Shown one piece after another: positions 25,713 to 38,690 of a stretch of 64,000 nt of DNA. The DNA comes from Octopus sinensis (lineage: Eukaryota): positions 24,924,001-24,988,000 of the forward strand of contig NC_043015.1 in assembly GCF_006345805.1 (NCBI RefSeq). The letters run 5' to 3'. Under the pieces are notes generated by a model, which saw only the letters and a list, made by a program, of their open reading frames with translations, searched no databases and had not been told where the DNA came from. The position numbers were made by a program, and so were the translations under genes. Every line of letters begins with the position of its first letter. Position 1 is the stretch's first letter.

Positions 25713-25897
25713 TATCTGTATTTTTATATATGCATCCATGTCTTTATTTAATTTCAGTAGGGAAGGAAATTAGATGACTTTTTAAGAGTCATTTTTGAAA
25801 GATAAACATGACACATTTGCAGAGTTTTCAGCAATATTAAATGGTATTTTCCTCATTAGCATTGTTATAAGGGTACACATATAATAATAAGATTACA

Positions 25898-26509
25898 TCA
25901 TCATCATTGTTCGACCGTGGTCGAGACAATGGAATTTACCATGCTACGCCAGACTTCACGGTCCATCATAGCATTATGGAGGTCCTGTTGCTGGATGCCT
26001 GTATCCCTGGAGATTACATCAGGGTAGGAGAGTGTGCACCCGCTGGTATCGCTAGTAGATGGCTTCCAGAGGAGAAGAGTAGAAATTGCCTTGTTTTCAG
26101 CTCTACAACAATGTCCAGCAAACTGGACTCTCCTACCTTTCACAAGAGATGACACAAGTGGTAGTTTCCCATATATTTGCATTTTGGTTGGATGACGCTT
26201 CCACAAGAGATTTTGACTAAAGCGTTGGACTCTGTAGATAGGTACAAAATGTTTGAAATCCTTAAGCTCTATGGGATTCCAGACAAAATCATTTCTACCA
26301 TCAAGGTCCTCTACACAGACCTTAACCCCTGACGGAGAAACATCATCTTTCTCAATCAAAGCTGGAATACTACAGGGAGACACACTTGCCCCATTTCTCT
26401 TCATCATTGTCGTTGACTATGTGCTACATATGTCAGTTGATACCATCTCTGGCAAGTGCTTTGAAAGAAAACCTAGAAGAAGTTCCAGACACCCAGCTGA
26501 ATACTTGAC
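25898..26509. mobile_element. 5'-inverted RTE-group LINE insertion with 14-bp target-site duplication
   Basis: 25898-~26218 is the C-terminus on the minus strand (RRVQFAGHCCR...MMDREVWRSMV, (GAT)n tail). ~26219-26509 is RT on the plus strand (KALDSVDR, GILQGDTLAPFLFIIVVDY). TSD ataataagattaca at 25884-25897 and 26510-26523. Confidence 0.9.
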
Positions 26510-27108
26510 ATAATAAGATTACACACACACACTCATATGAATATATATGTATATACATAGGCATACATAATGTATACATGCATATTTATACACACACATA
26601 CATGCACAGCATACAAATATATACACAATATATCCATTTACATATGCACACATACATACACACACACACATTCACACAGAAATATACAAACACCTGTCTG
26701 TTCAATGAAATAATCTCTGAAATCATTTAAAAGTAACATATTGCCCATTCTGTAATCCTATAACTTAGATACCTACGAATGCAAATACAAAATTTATGAC
26801 CATCAACATAGACATAAGAATAGATATGTTTCTTGTTCTAAGTAGGTACATGAAAGTTTGAAATGTAACAACAATGCAAAAGAACTATTTCCTGCCGCAT
26901 ACCACAAGAAATATCTAATTCTTTGCAACATGAAACAGCTGCTAGGTTCAGTTGCAAATAGAACTTTGTTGAAATATAGCATTGTCAAATCACCTCTGGA
27001 CCTCCAGCAAAAAGTACATGGAAACTAAATTTTCTCTATGTATATTCATAGACATAGACTGACAGTATGTCATATACTCATCTCTCTCTCTCTCTCACTT
27101 TCACTTTC

Positions 27109-27159
<51 letters not shown>

Positions 27160-27277
27160 ACATACAGATATACATATGCAAATATAAAGATACACATAAG
27201 TATATACGTATATAATATGTACACAGACAAACATACATGTTACATGTGTGTGTGTGTGTGTGTGAATACATACGTAC

Positions 27278-27445
27278 TTGCAGACATTTAATTTCACTAA
27301 GCTTACACTTCCATCCATCAACTGCAAACTTCAGCAAAAATAGTGATATTGACAGGTCTGTCCCAGAATAGAAGCAGGGTGGATGAGGCTTAAGGTAAAT
27401 GTTGACAGCCTTTGAGTGCTGTGTGAGGTAGCACTCACTCACCAC
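27278..27445 (-). CDS. Candidate host-gene exon (VVSECYLTQHSKAVNIYLKPHPPCFYSGTDLSISLFLLKFAVDGWKCKLSEIKCLQ)
   Basis: ttgtttagcag| acceptor, |gtacgt donor, 168-bp phase 0-0 open frame in unique sequence. Confidence 0.35.
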
Positions 27446-27852
27446 CTGCTAAACAACAGCAACAAATTTAACTAAACCAACCAAGTACTTAAACATAACA
27501 TTTTGCAAGGCAAGAGTGTGCATCACATGAGACACCCACTTCCTGGTGACCTTGCATACAAACCCAGAAGTACAGCATTGAAATATTTCAGCAAATCCCA
27601 GCAGAAGAATCACTCCACATGACAAAAAGGGGTATTATATGGGTATGTTACCCACAAATTCATGTGAAAATTACCATGAAGTGTAGCTTGTCTCAAACTC
27701 TTGATTGCTACAAGACTTCACATCTGAAAGCCTATATTTTAGCAATCCATGGGCAGGAAATAGCTAAGAAATATCTAATGAGTAAACAAGAGTGAAGTGC
27801 TTAAAATCCAAAGGTAAAACTAAATGTTGCTTACACTCTGTGGAGGACATAC

Positions 27853-27946
27853 CACATGTAAACAGTATCTGCCCCCAAAATGTCTCTAAGGTACTGCCAT
27901 TGTGATATGATGATGTTGTTGTTAAAGCATTATAAAATGCAATCAC
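27853..27946 (-). CDS. Candidate host-gene exon (VIAFYNALTTTSSYHNGSTLETFWGQILFTC)
   Basis: gtttttacag| acceptor; donor |gtatgt at 27852 or the alternative |gtaagc at 27834; only one open frame. Confidence 0.3.
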
Positions 27947-28716
27947 CTGTAAAAACTGTCTTGAGATTAATATAAGCCACAGATCTGCTATTGACTGTGT
28001 GTGTAGTTAACACAAGCAATATTGGTCATTCCGATCAAAATTTGTATCAAGTTCAATCATAACTTGCCAGATATATCTTTTGAAGACTGATAAGAAGAAT
28101 CACAGAGAGTCATAGAAATCAGATGCTCAGCAGATGTGAACTCCAGTTTCAAAAGAAGCAAGAACGAGAATATTTATGGACAACTGCTTCAAAGCTTACA
28201 TCTCCTCTTCTTTGATTATAAATTCCATTTATATCAAAAATTATCAGTGCACATATCTAGGTAAGTTAATTTTGATGTGACAATATTGGAATGCTCAGAT
28301 TTTCAGAGAAAAGGAGAGAGCAGTTAAAATGTAATTTATGGAGGCAATTTGTGAAAGGAACAGTAAAAATATGCAAGAATTTTCTGGAGTCCAAAATTGA
28401 ACAGTGATTGTTATTGCTATCGGAATTCAAGTGATGAAGCTTTTGTTTCTCTGCCAGACAGAAATGCCTTTCATTCTGGAAGAATTCTAATTAAAAACAA
28501 AGCAACGATATAATGGCATACACACTCACACACACACAAACGTATACATATATATAGTTATTCATATTCACACATACAGACACATATATCCATATACATA
28601 TATGGGAAAGAATTCATAGTAGTGAATACATTTGCATTTCATGGACTTAGAAATAAGAAATAAGAAATTCTTAAGTCTTACAACTAGGTGAAACTGAAAT
28701 AAATTAATGTTGTGTC

Positions 28717-28797
<81 letters not shown>

Positions 28798-31700
28798 TAT
28801 CTGTGTGAATGTATTTAAAATCCACTATGTTAATTTTTTTGAGTTATTTTAAAGTAATTTTTATATAGTATGGTGTATGAATTCTAATGGGAACATCTTC
28901 TAGTAGTTTGGATATGGCAGTAACTACATCCTTCTATCTCTCTGATTGAATTTACAAATGTCTTTCTCTGCTGCTATTTTTGTCTTTCTCTCATTTCCAC
29001 TGTGTGTGTGTATGTGAGTTTGTGTGTCTGTGTGTATGTGTGTTTTTGTGTGTGCATGTACATACTCATATATAAATATGTATGTAGGTATATGGAGATG
29101 TATATTTGCAGCAAGTATAAGTGAGTCCATATATTTCAGAGAAAATGCTAATTCCATGAATACAAATATATACAAATGATAAATGCATGAAGACGTATGG
29201 GGTTTGCTATTACCACACCAAATATCTCAACTGCTGTACACTGCTTTGAAAGTTCTGTGTTTTCTGGATGTGGTCAGCCAGATGAAAGCAACTCAGGTTG
29301 TATTTCACAATCAGGCAGCAGCACATGCAGAAAAAAAAACCATGGTGTCTGCATTTAGATGTTGTAGTATTGATCCTAACACCATATTTTTAATGCCCAT
29401 TTTTGCATGGGTCAGAAAGAATCTGCTGAAGAAGATTTTCTCCAGCTGGATGCTCTTCCAGTCACCACTTCTCACCTATTCTCAAGCAAAGAAATATTTC
29501 CTTGTGGTCAGACATGTTTTCATGGAAGATTGGAAATTAAGAAATCAGTGATGCTATACTATATCAAATAAAGTAAACCAACCCATCACCATCAACATGC
29601 ATACACATATACAAACATATATATAACAGGCTTCTTTCAGTTTCTTTCCATCAAACCCAATCACAAAACTTTGGTTAGCCTAGAATTATAGTAGAAGACA
29701 CTTGCCAAGACACTTCCCTGTTTTGCATATGGCCAGGAGTCATTTTATAGAGATTCAGCTTCTATTTCTAGCATATATAGTGATTGCATAAGAGTCTTCA
29801 TTGTGAGTTCTTTTGAATGGGCTGAGTATTGCAGGATGAACAGAGGCAGCCAAAAGTATGTTGGTAAGGAACAAAAGAGAAGAACTACAAGAATTATTTA
29901 GGGGTCGCAGCCAAACCTGAGTGTTTTGACTTCTATACTATTGAAAGAAACGATGCTATATCACCACAAAATAAAGTGTTTCTTTTTAAAATTATTTCTT
30001 GAACATTTGGAATATTTCTTTTTATTTCTTAACAAATCTGAAAATAGGACATTAATATTCTTACGAAATAACCAATATTGTTATTGCTGTTGTTGACCCC
30101 CAAATCAATCCTGAACATTCAGATCCATGAGCAAAGATGTTTCAGTTTTATAAATACCATCTTCCTTTATGAATATTTACTGCATTACCTGAGTCTTTCA
30201 TTCTACTGAGATGAGAAGTTGTGATTGGTGGGATATTTAGCTACTGTTGCTATTTCTTGCAATGTAACTGGCAAGAGAGAAGCTCCCTCATGGCTTTACA
30301 CTCACTCAGTGGTTTAATTCTATATAATTGTTAACTTTTTATTAAATCCATTCTTTTTTTCTTTATGTTCTTTACCAAACACTAGAAGATTTTTTGCCTT
30401 TTTTTATATATATATTTTAATTCCAGACTTGACTAATTTCTTATGGGAAGAGTTAAAGGGGATTCAGATGCTAATTTAGGTGATGGCAAGAAGCTGAAAT
30501 CATTACTAGACAACACTGCTCTTTAATCAATAATGATAACATATCTCAGTAGACAAATAATGATGGTTTATCTGTGTTTGTGGATAATCCATACTGTCTG
30601 AAAGCAATTCAAAACATGTACACACTGACACACTCATAATTGCTGTCAAAATCCTTTCAGCCTGATAAAGATGATGATTCAAAGCACTTTGCAACCATCA
30701 AAACTCAACTCAGCCATAACCCTAACAAATTCCTCAATCTAATGTTCCCTTGCAAGCGGGATAGCAAAACTGCAACAAAACAGTACCTGGCAGAGTTTCT
30801 TCAGGAAATCTCCATCAACAGTGACTATTATCTCAGTTAAAACATGAATGTGTCCAAAGACGGAGGTGAGGCAACAATTTTAACAGTTCAAGTAAGAAGC
30901 TGACAAAGGACAATTGTTGTGTAGAGTCCCACACAACAAACTGCTGTGCAAGCTTCTAAAAGCCCATATTAGGGTTGAGTGATGGAGATCTGTTAAGTCA
31001 ATCCTTTATGTTACGAAATATATCAACAATAGCAGAGACATTACTGAAATTCATTTTACTGCAAATATTTGTGCCAGGTCAGTAGTTTGACGATATCTAT
31101 ATCCCTCTTTCCAAACAATCCACTGAGGCCCTCTTAAATTTTATTGGCATTGTCTTTCATTACTGACTGAAAGAGAAACATAAATAACCTTGAGGTTTCT
31201 TGTTTGATAATAATGGCAAGAATTTTAGTCGAGTCACTCCCCTAGTCTTTAGCATATGGTGATACTAAAAATATGGTGATGCTACAAAGGAAATAAAAAA
31301 GAACTCAAGATGTTAGACAGAACAAATGTTTAAAATATTACTTATGATTAAAATTTTGCATCCTTCTATTACTCTCGTTCACATTCCAGTTTATAGCTAA
31401 CCCTTATATGCAGCTGGCTGACTTTATTTATAACTTTGGTTGATTCCAGCATTTACAGCATATGACATGATGTTCTACTGATTTCCAGCCATGTCATTGT
31501 CTATGTTTAATTCTAATCAGTAGTTCTACTAATTTTAACAATACAGTACTTTTTTCATGACAGCATTCTAAAAATAACTCAGACTTCCTTTTCAATGAAA
31601 CTGCTGTTTAGGGTGGAAAGTAAGTAAATCCTGATTTGCCTGAAAATTATACTTCTAGCAGAATTTCAGTGTAGAATACCATAGATGGTAAATAATATAC

Positions 31701-32079
31701 TGGAGATTTGTTTCCCTACCTGTCCAAAGATGTTTCATATATTCATCAAGCAATGATAGATTACCTTTACATTTTGCAAGTTAAATGTTTTATAATATTT
31801 GTATTATGTGGGAAAATGTCCGAGAATCAGACTTAAGACAGTCTTTGTGAGATTAAATTTCACATTGTTTGAATGGGTGGTTAACTAAGACAATTTTACG
31901 ATCACTGTTTAAATTTCTGTTACCTTCCATTATCTCAAATTACTTCAGAGCTTGGAATAACTTTAATTTTATCGTTAAATACATGATGCTCCCGCACTTT
32001 AACATAAATATGTCTGTTTAAAATTTTTGGTCACATATAATTATGGTCCTACTCTAGATAGTTGTACAATTATAAGTAC

Positions 32080-32217
32080 CTGATTTTCTCTTATATTCTT
32101 CTTGAGTAACTTATCTGAGCTTTCATTGAATAGTGTTATGTCAGCAATCTTCTTTATCAGATCCTCCATTTCACCAGAATGTTTCGATATGTCAGATTCA
32201 ATTTTGAATGTATCATC
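32080..32217 (-). CDS. Probable internal coding exon of an unidentified host gene (DDTFKIESDISKHSGEMEDLIKKIADITLFNESSDKLLKKNIRENQ), helical/coiled-coil-like
   Basis: Strong polypyrimidine acceptor tttatttccatttcag|, donor CAG|gtactt, 138 bp = 46 codons, phase 0-0, natural amino-acid composition. Confidence 0.6.
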
Positions 32218-32502
32218 CTGAAATGGAAATAAAGCAAAAGTAAATAGATAGATAAATGATATCAATAATAATAATATATGGATTTCAATGTAACTCTTTA
32301 CAAAAGTAAATAAATAATAGGAAGAGTGTCATGTGATATGTAATACATGTACATGGATGCTCTGTCTGTTGAATTGAACACTATTTTGACACTATGTGTA
32401 TAGTCATTGGGTTCTAAATGAAAAAATCTTAAGTATGCAGAATTATGGAAATTCCAAATTTGGACTGGAATATCCCACAATCCTTTCTACATAAAATGAC
32501 AT

Positions 32503-32519
32503 AATAATGATGATGATAA

Positions 32520-32550
<31 letters not shown>

Positions 32551-32655
32551 GGTGGTGGTGGTGGTCGTGGTGGTCGTGGTGGTTATGGTGGTGGTGGTTA
32601 TGGTGGTGGTGATGATGATGATGAAGATGACGACGACGATGATGATGATGATGAT
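32503..32655. repeat. Compound (GAT)n-(GGT)n-(GAT)n triplet repeat; similar graded triplets at 1890-2092 and 46005-46150
   Basis: Directly visible. Confidence 0.97.
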
Positions 32656-33479
32656 AACACTATTCTTTAGCAGTGACTTCAAAGTTTCAGCCAGCCAAGC
32701 CAAGGAGTAAACCTTCAGATTAATGGAAAACTGTTTTTATTATAACTGAACATAAAAACAAACATTAATGTGTGTGTGTGTGTGTGTGTGCATATTTCTC
32801 TTGATAATCTCATCCATTTTCATGCTTCTTTGTTTTAGTTGATGGTGGACACAGATGCAGCAGCACCAGCAACAATGCATGCACACACATGCTCAAGCAC
32901 AAACACATACGCACGTGGAAAACGTTCATGTTCCAGTCAAACAAGACAAGAGAGACAACTCTGTTATTTAAATGAGATAAAATCAAACGAAACAGAAAAC
33001 AGCAGGAGCAGTATTATATTAGCAATCACTTAACTCTCTCTTGATTCCAGCTGAAGGGGTTCCTGAGTAAACAGCCATTATATTTCTAAATATGTTGAAC
33101 AATGAATTGCCATGCTTCCAGTGCCTCTGTCAATTTATCATCTCTAAATAATGGCTAACTTTAAACAATATTCGACTTTTAAAAGATTCTTAGATAGTGG
33201 TAGGTTATATTTCACCTTTTTAGATCTTATAATAAGTTCTTATGAAACTGCTTCTATGTGTGTGTGTGTGTGCGTGCGAGTGGCCGTTGCTGGTGCTACG
33301 ACTTTTGCGTCAGTAATGCACTAAAACAAAGAAACTAGTAAATGGGAAGAAATGGAAGAGATAAATGGGAAGGAAAATAGAAAGCACTAAGAATATACAT
33401 ACGCATGAGGCACATATAAGAGCATAGACATTTGTACTTAACATATAAATACAGAGCAAGCAAGCTGAGAGTGTGTGGA

Positions 33480-33532
<53 letters not shown>

Positions 33533-36250
33533 TTATATAGGTGATGGTGATGGTGGTGGTGGTGGTGGTGATGGTGGTGGTGATGGTGGAATTGCTATCA
33601 TAAAAGCGTCAGAGTTTCCTTTGAAATGAATGGAATAAAAACAAGAGAATGGCAGGCAATGGGTTTCAATCAATTTAAAAGGACTCTGTTGAAATTTCTC
33701 TTCTTTGCTGACTATGAAAATATTTCCTCTATTATCCATGGTGGGCAAATTGGAAATTATGGTACACTGTCTGCTTTTAATATTTGCAGAGCTTCAGGCA
33801 TCTTCACACATTGTTTATTATATTTCATACATGACATTCACCCGAGTTCAGTGACAGATTGTAATTTAAATTATTCATGTCATCACCATCGCCATCATTG
33901 CTATCTATGTTACCACTTTTATCATCATCATCATCATCATTAACATCATCTTTCTCACTGTTACCATTGTGGTGCTGCTTTCATGTAGCTTACTTTAAAT
34001 TTTAAAGCAATAATATTCGAGTCTTCACCACAGTATATCTCAGAATGATTTTCTTATTTTTTCATATTTTTTATACAGTAATAAAAAATGAAATGATATT
34101 GTTGACGTGAGCAATTGTTGTCTCAGAATGCTAATGGTTAAAAGAAATTTACAGAACAAGTCTGGTTGTCTTGACAGTGGAAGAAGAAAAAGAAAACATA
34201 ATTCCTCAAATGTTAAGAGATTCTTACTATTTTGGCATTGTACCCCACAATGTTTTTTGAAGGTATTTTCCTTTTTCATTTTGAAATACATAATATGACA
34301 AATAACCATTATTTCTAGCATTTACAAAATTTGCCACAAATTTTGGGGAAGGACTATTGGTGGTTTACATTCATACCAGTACTTGACAAATCTGATTGAG
34401 GAGAGATAAAAGTGGTCCTGGTAAAATTTTAACACACAATATAAGCATAATTATAGCTACTAATTTGACTAGTACAATTTCACTTATTTGATCTTATTGA
34501 AGTTTTATCCCTTGATGGTTGGTTTTTGATGATAATCATTCTTAGAGAGAATTTCTGTCTGGTAATTGCAAGGAAAACCTCATTTAATCTGTGGAACTTA
34601 CTATACTAATTATATGAAATCCTACCATATGTGTTTATTAATCAAAATGCTTACCTGGAGGCAAACCTGCACACCTTAGTCATATTATGTCACTCACCAT
34701 TCCATCCATCTCTTCCACTCACTATCTCTGGGAAGGATAATGGTGGGGTAGAATCTAAAGGCACCTCCTCTATAGGGTTCTATCAGCAGTAACTGTCATT
34801 AGACTTTCCAGTCAGAATCTCAAAGGTGACTAAAGGAGACTGGATATTATCAAACCAACTCATCTTTGGTCTACCTCCCATGTCTCCTGCCAGTTTGCTT
34901 GACTTGAAGTATCCAACTTGCAATCCTTTCCCATAACATTCTAATCACTTGTCCATGGTACAAGTGATGTGACCATTCAATGGGAAGAAGTAGCAACTGG
35001 ACCAAGAAATATTTGGTCCAAATCTTTGGCATTTCATCTGGCTCTACAGGTTCTGAGTTCAAGTTCCACTGAGGTTGACTTTGCCTTTCATTATTTATGG
35101 GTCAATTAAATAAGTACCAGTTGAACACTGGGGTCTATGTAATCATTTTACTCCCACCCTAAAATTGCTGGCCTTATGGCAAAACTTGAAACTGTTATCA
35201 TCATCACCATTATTATTATTATTATCATTCTTCTTCTTCTTATTATTATTATTAAGACAACATGCTAGCAGAATTGTTAGCCCAGTGGTCAAAATGCTTA
35301 GCAGCATTTTGTCCATCTTTACGTTATGAATTCAAATTCCACTGAGGTCAACTTTGTCTTTCATCTTTTACAGGGTCAATGAAATGAGTACCAGCTGAGT
35401 ACTGGGTGTCAATGTAATCAACTGGATGTTCCTCCGTTCTTCCAAAGCATTTCAGGCTTTGTGCTTATAATAGGAAGGACTATCATCATTATTATTACCA
35501 TTTATTTGTTTTCCTGAATTCTTTTTTTATATCTTTTATTATATCATTATTTTTCTCATTCTTTTTCGATTGTATTGTGCATTTCCTCCTTTTATAAAGC
35601 CCACAATGTCTTCAGCCCTAGTGGCCCATAAAAGAAATCATCATCGTCATTGACATCATTGATGACATCCTTTTTTTCTTTTCCCTGTCTTTTAATGGAG
35701 ACACTATCAATGGCTGATTATTTTAATGTAAACAACAGAATTTCAGAATTCTCCTAAGTTTGCAATGAAAGGATAACAGAAACATCTATCAAACTGTATT
35801 ACCATAAAGAAGAGCAAAGGGAAGGAGGAGGAGGTGAGGAAGAGGAAAAGGAAGAGAAGGATGGAGAAAGAGATGATAAAAAGAAAAACGAGGCAGACAG
35901 CAATCATGAAAACCAAGAAAAATAAAAACAAATAAAGTAAGCAAATATGCCAATAAAATATGATTAAACTCAAATACAAAAATAATACATTACCAAACAA
36001 AAAAAGTAAACACAAGAAAAAGAAAAGACAATTCAATCTGCTAATTAGAAAATTAATAAGTGGGTTCAAATTGTTAATAATTCTCAATGTCTCTCAAAGT
36101 AGACATTCAGACAGAAAGTTTAATGTGCAATACCACATTGTGCCAACATTGAAGATATTCACAGAAGTTCTTCTAAGTAATGCCACACGTCTTTCACTTC
36201 CACCATTACTGCTTCAACTACTACTACTACTGCAACTGCTGCTGCTGCTG

Positions 36251-36292
<42 letters not shown>

Positions 36293-37137
36293 ATAATAAT
36301 AATAATAATAATAATATAATAATAATGACAATAATAATAATAATAATAACAATAATAATAATACAGTAATAGAAATGATAAAAATAATAATTATAGCTCA
36401 ATGATTTGTTTTATATACACCGAACACGAAAGATATTTTAAACACAAATCTCAGAAAGTAGAGTGTATTTTATGCTTTACTTATTTTATTTTATTTCATC
36501 TTATTTTATTTAAAATTTCATGAGATCACGTTTTGTTGTTAATCATTTTATCTAATATTTTGTTTATTATTACTATTATTTTTACTTTTATTTATTTATC
36601 TATTTATTGGTCTTCCAATAAATTTTGGGTGCAATAATTGTAATTCTTTTTCAATTAAAAATGTAAATATAACAAATAAAATATAATGTAATTGTATAAA
36701 TAATAATAAAAAATTTTGCCATTTTTTGGTTTTCTTTTTTTCTTTTTTTCTTTTTGTTACAATATAATTATCATGTTGGGAAACCAATTTTTAAATAACT
36801 TTAATCATGTATAATTTTCTGCTTCACTTGAAGCAGATAATGATTCGTATTGCAAGAGAACAGGTTAAACTTGCTCAGAAGGTCACAGCTGTAGCTTTGC
36901 TTTACAAAACATAAATAACTGAAGGACAAAAAAAAAAAGAAAAAATAAATGACCGAACCTTCTGAGTGATGGTATGAATTTTGAACACCCGTGCAGTTCA
37001 TTTCCATCTACATATTTTCACAAGTGAACTAATAATATAATAATGATAATGAAAATATCAATTGTCATGGTAGACTTGGCCAGCATTTACACTGGATTAT
37101 GTGCCTTAAGAAGAATTGGTAAGAACATAAGCCTATC

Positions 37138-37407
37138 AAGATTGACTGCCAAAATAATATGGCAGTCCTGGTTTAGGACGAATATTGCTGCATTTGAGAC
37201 CCAGGAGACATCGTCTCCAGCTGCCTATATGACATGATCTGTGTCCTTATATCTTTGAACAAGAGAATCTAGCACCTCTACTCTTGTTCGAAAATATAAG
37301 GACACAGCTCATGTTGTATAGCCAGCTGGAAACGATGTCTCCTGGGGCTAAATTACAGCAACATTCGTCCTAAACCATGACTGCCATATTATGTTGCAAA
37401 CAATCTT
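37138..37407. repeat. Fold-back (long palindromic) element, ~128-bp arms, 15-nt loop
   Basis: atatggcagtcctggtttaggacgaa...ccttatatctttgaacaagag (to 37265) pairs with ctcttgttcgaaaatataagg...ttcgtcctaaaccatgactgccatat (from 37281). Confidence 0.92.
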
Positions 37408-37489
37408 TACTCCAAAGTACTGTCGCTGATTATCTCTCATTGTGAGATTTAAAAATAGTAATTTCCTGTCAACATAGTTCAAAATAAAT

Positions 37490-37800
37490 GTATCAATTCT
37501 CTTCAGAAATTGTTGTGAAAGACCAAAACAATAAAATCTGTTTATTGCTCAACATGAGTATCCCTTGTGATTCCAATATTTCAGCAAAAGAATTTGACAA
37601 GCTCAGAAAATATAAAGATTCGTTCATTGAAATCTTTAAAAAAATGTGGCATCTGAAGGCATTTACAATACCAGTGATTGCAGGAACGTCTGAAATGATC
37701 AAAGAAGGAACTAAAAATTATTTGAGAATGATCCCATTCATGCCAGAAGTGCAAAAGGATGAACTGAGAAGAGCATTGATGCTGAGACGGTGATAACCTA
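37490..37800 (+). mobile_element. REL-endonuclease retrotransposon C-terminal fragment
   Basis: IVVKDQNNKICLLLNMSIPCDSNISAKEFDKLRKYKD...MWHLKAFTIPVIAG matches the PD-(D/E)xK-type REL domain. Confidence 0.8.
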
Positions 37801-38199
37801 TCATGAAAAGAATTTTTGAAAATTAACTTTAGTTGATTTTGTTAATGAACAATCTGGTGTGATTATTTTAATAGCCTATCAATGTATATGGTTTCTTTAG
37901 CCTAGGTGTTGAGAAGACACTTGGCCAGAAATGTAAACAAAATTGAAGGAAAAAGGAAACAAAAAACCCTAATTGTAGTAGTAGCAGCAGTACTAGTAGT
38001 TGTAGCAGCAGCAATAGTAGTACAATAGTCACAAGGCCTGAGATTTTGTATTTATTAATTCTAGTGCAACACTATTATTTCATTGACCCCAAAAGAATGA
38101 CGGGCAAAGTCAACTTTAGCAGAATTCGAACTCGGAACATACAGACAGACAACATGCTGCCAAGTATTTTGCCTGGCATCCTAATGGCTCTGACAGCGT

Positions 38200-38619
38200 A
38201 CCACTCTAACAAACAAGAGTGCCTAATAATTGATGTGGCAGAGCCAGGAGATCAACATATCATGAAGAAAGAAAGAGAAAGAGTTGATAATTACGGAGAC
38301 TTCAGAACTGAGAGTGGTAAGATGTGGCAGCTACGAGAGTCAAACATAAAGGTTGTCCCTATTATCATCGGAGCATTGGGTTCAATACCACCCAATGTGA
38401 AAAAAAAACATCTGAAAACCTTAGAGATACTCTACAATCTACATGTATTGTAAAAGTCAGCATTACTTGGAACTGCACGCATATTGCGTAAAGTACTGTC
38501 TGTCTGAGGTCCTTGTTGTGACTTGACAAACAGTAGAAATCTCCAGTAGATACAATATCTTCAATACACAACCTCACGATATTGTATACTGTATGACGTC
38601 TTTAATAATAATAATAATG

Positions 38620-38689
<70 letters not shown>

Positions 38690-38690
38690 C
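38200..38690 (+). mobile_element. 3' end of an R4/Dong-like REL retrotransposon ending in (TAA)n
   Basis: CLIIDVAEPGDQHIMKKERERVDNYGD...MWQ...VVPIIIGALGSIP...(Q)KSALLGTARILRKVLSV*, then a short 3' UTR and (AAT)n at 38603-38690. Confidence 0.82.

Noticed and set aside
32340-32486. Exon upstream of 32217 (KGLWDIPVQIWNFHNSAYL...)
   Set aside because: The available donors are phase 2, incompatible with the phase-0 acceptor at 32217, and the acceptor is weak.
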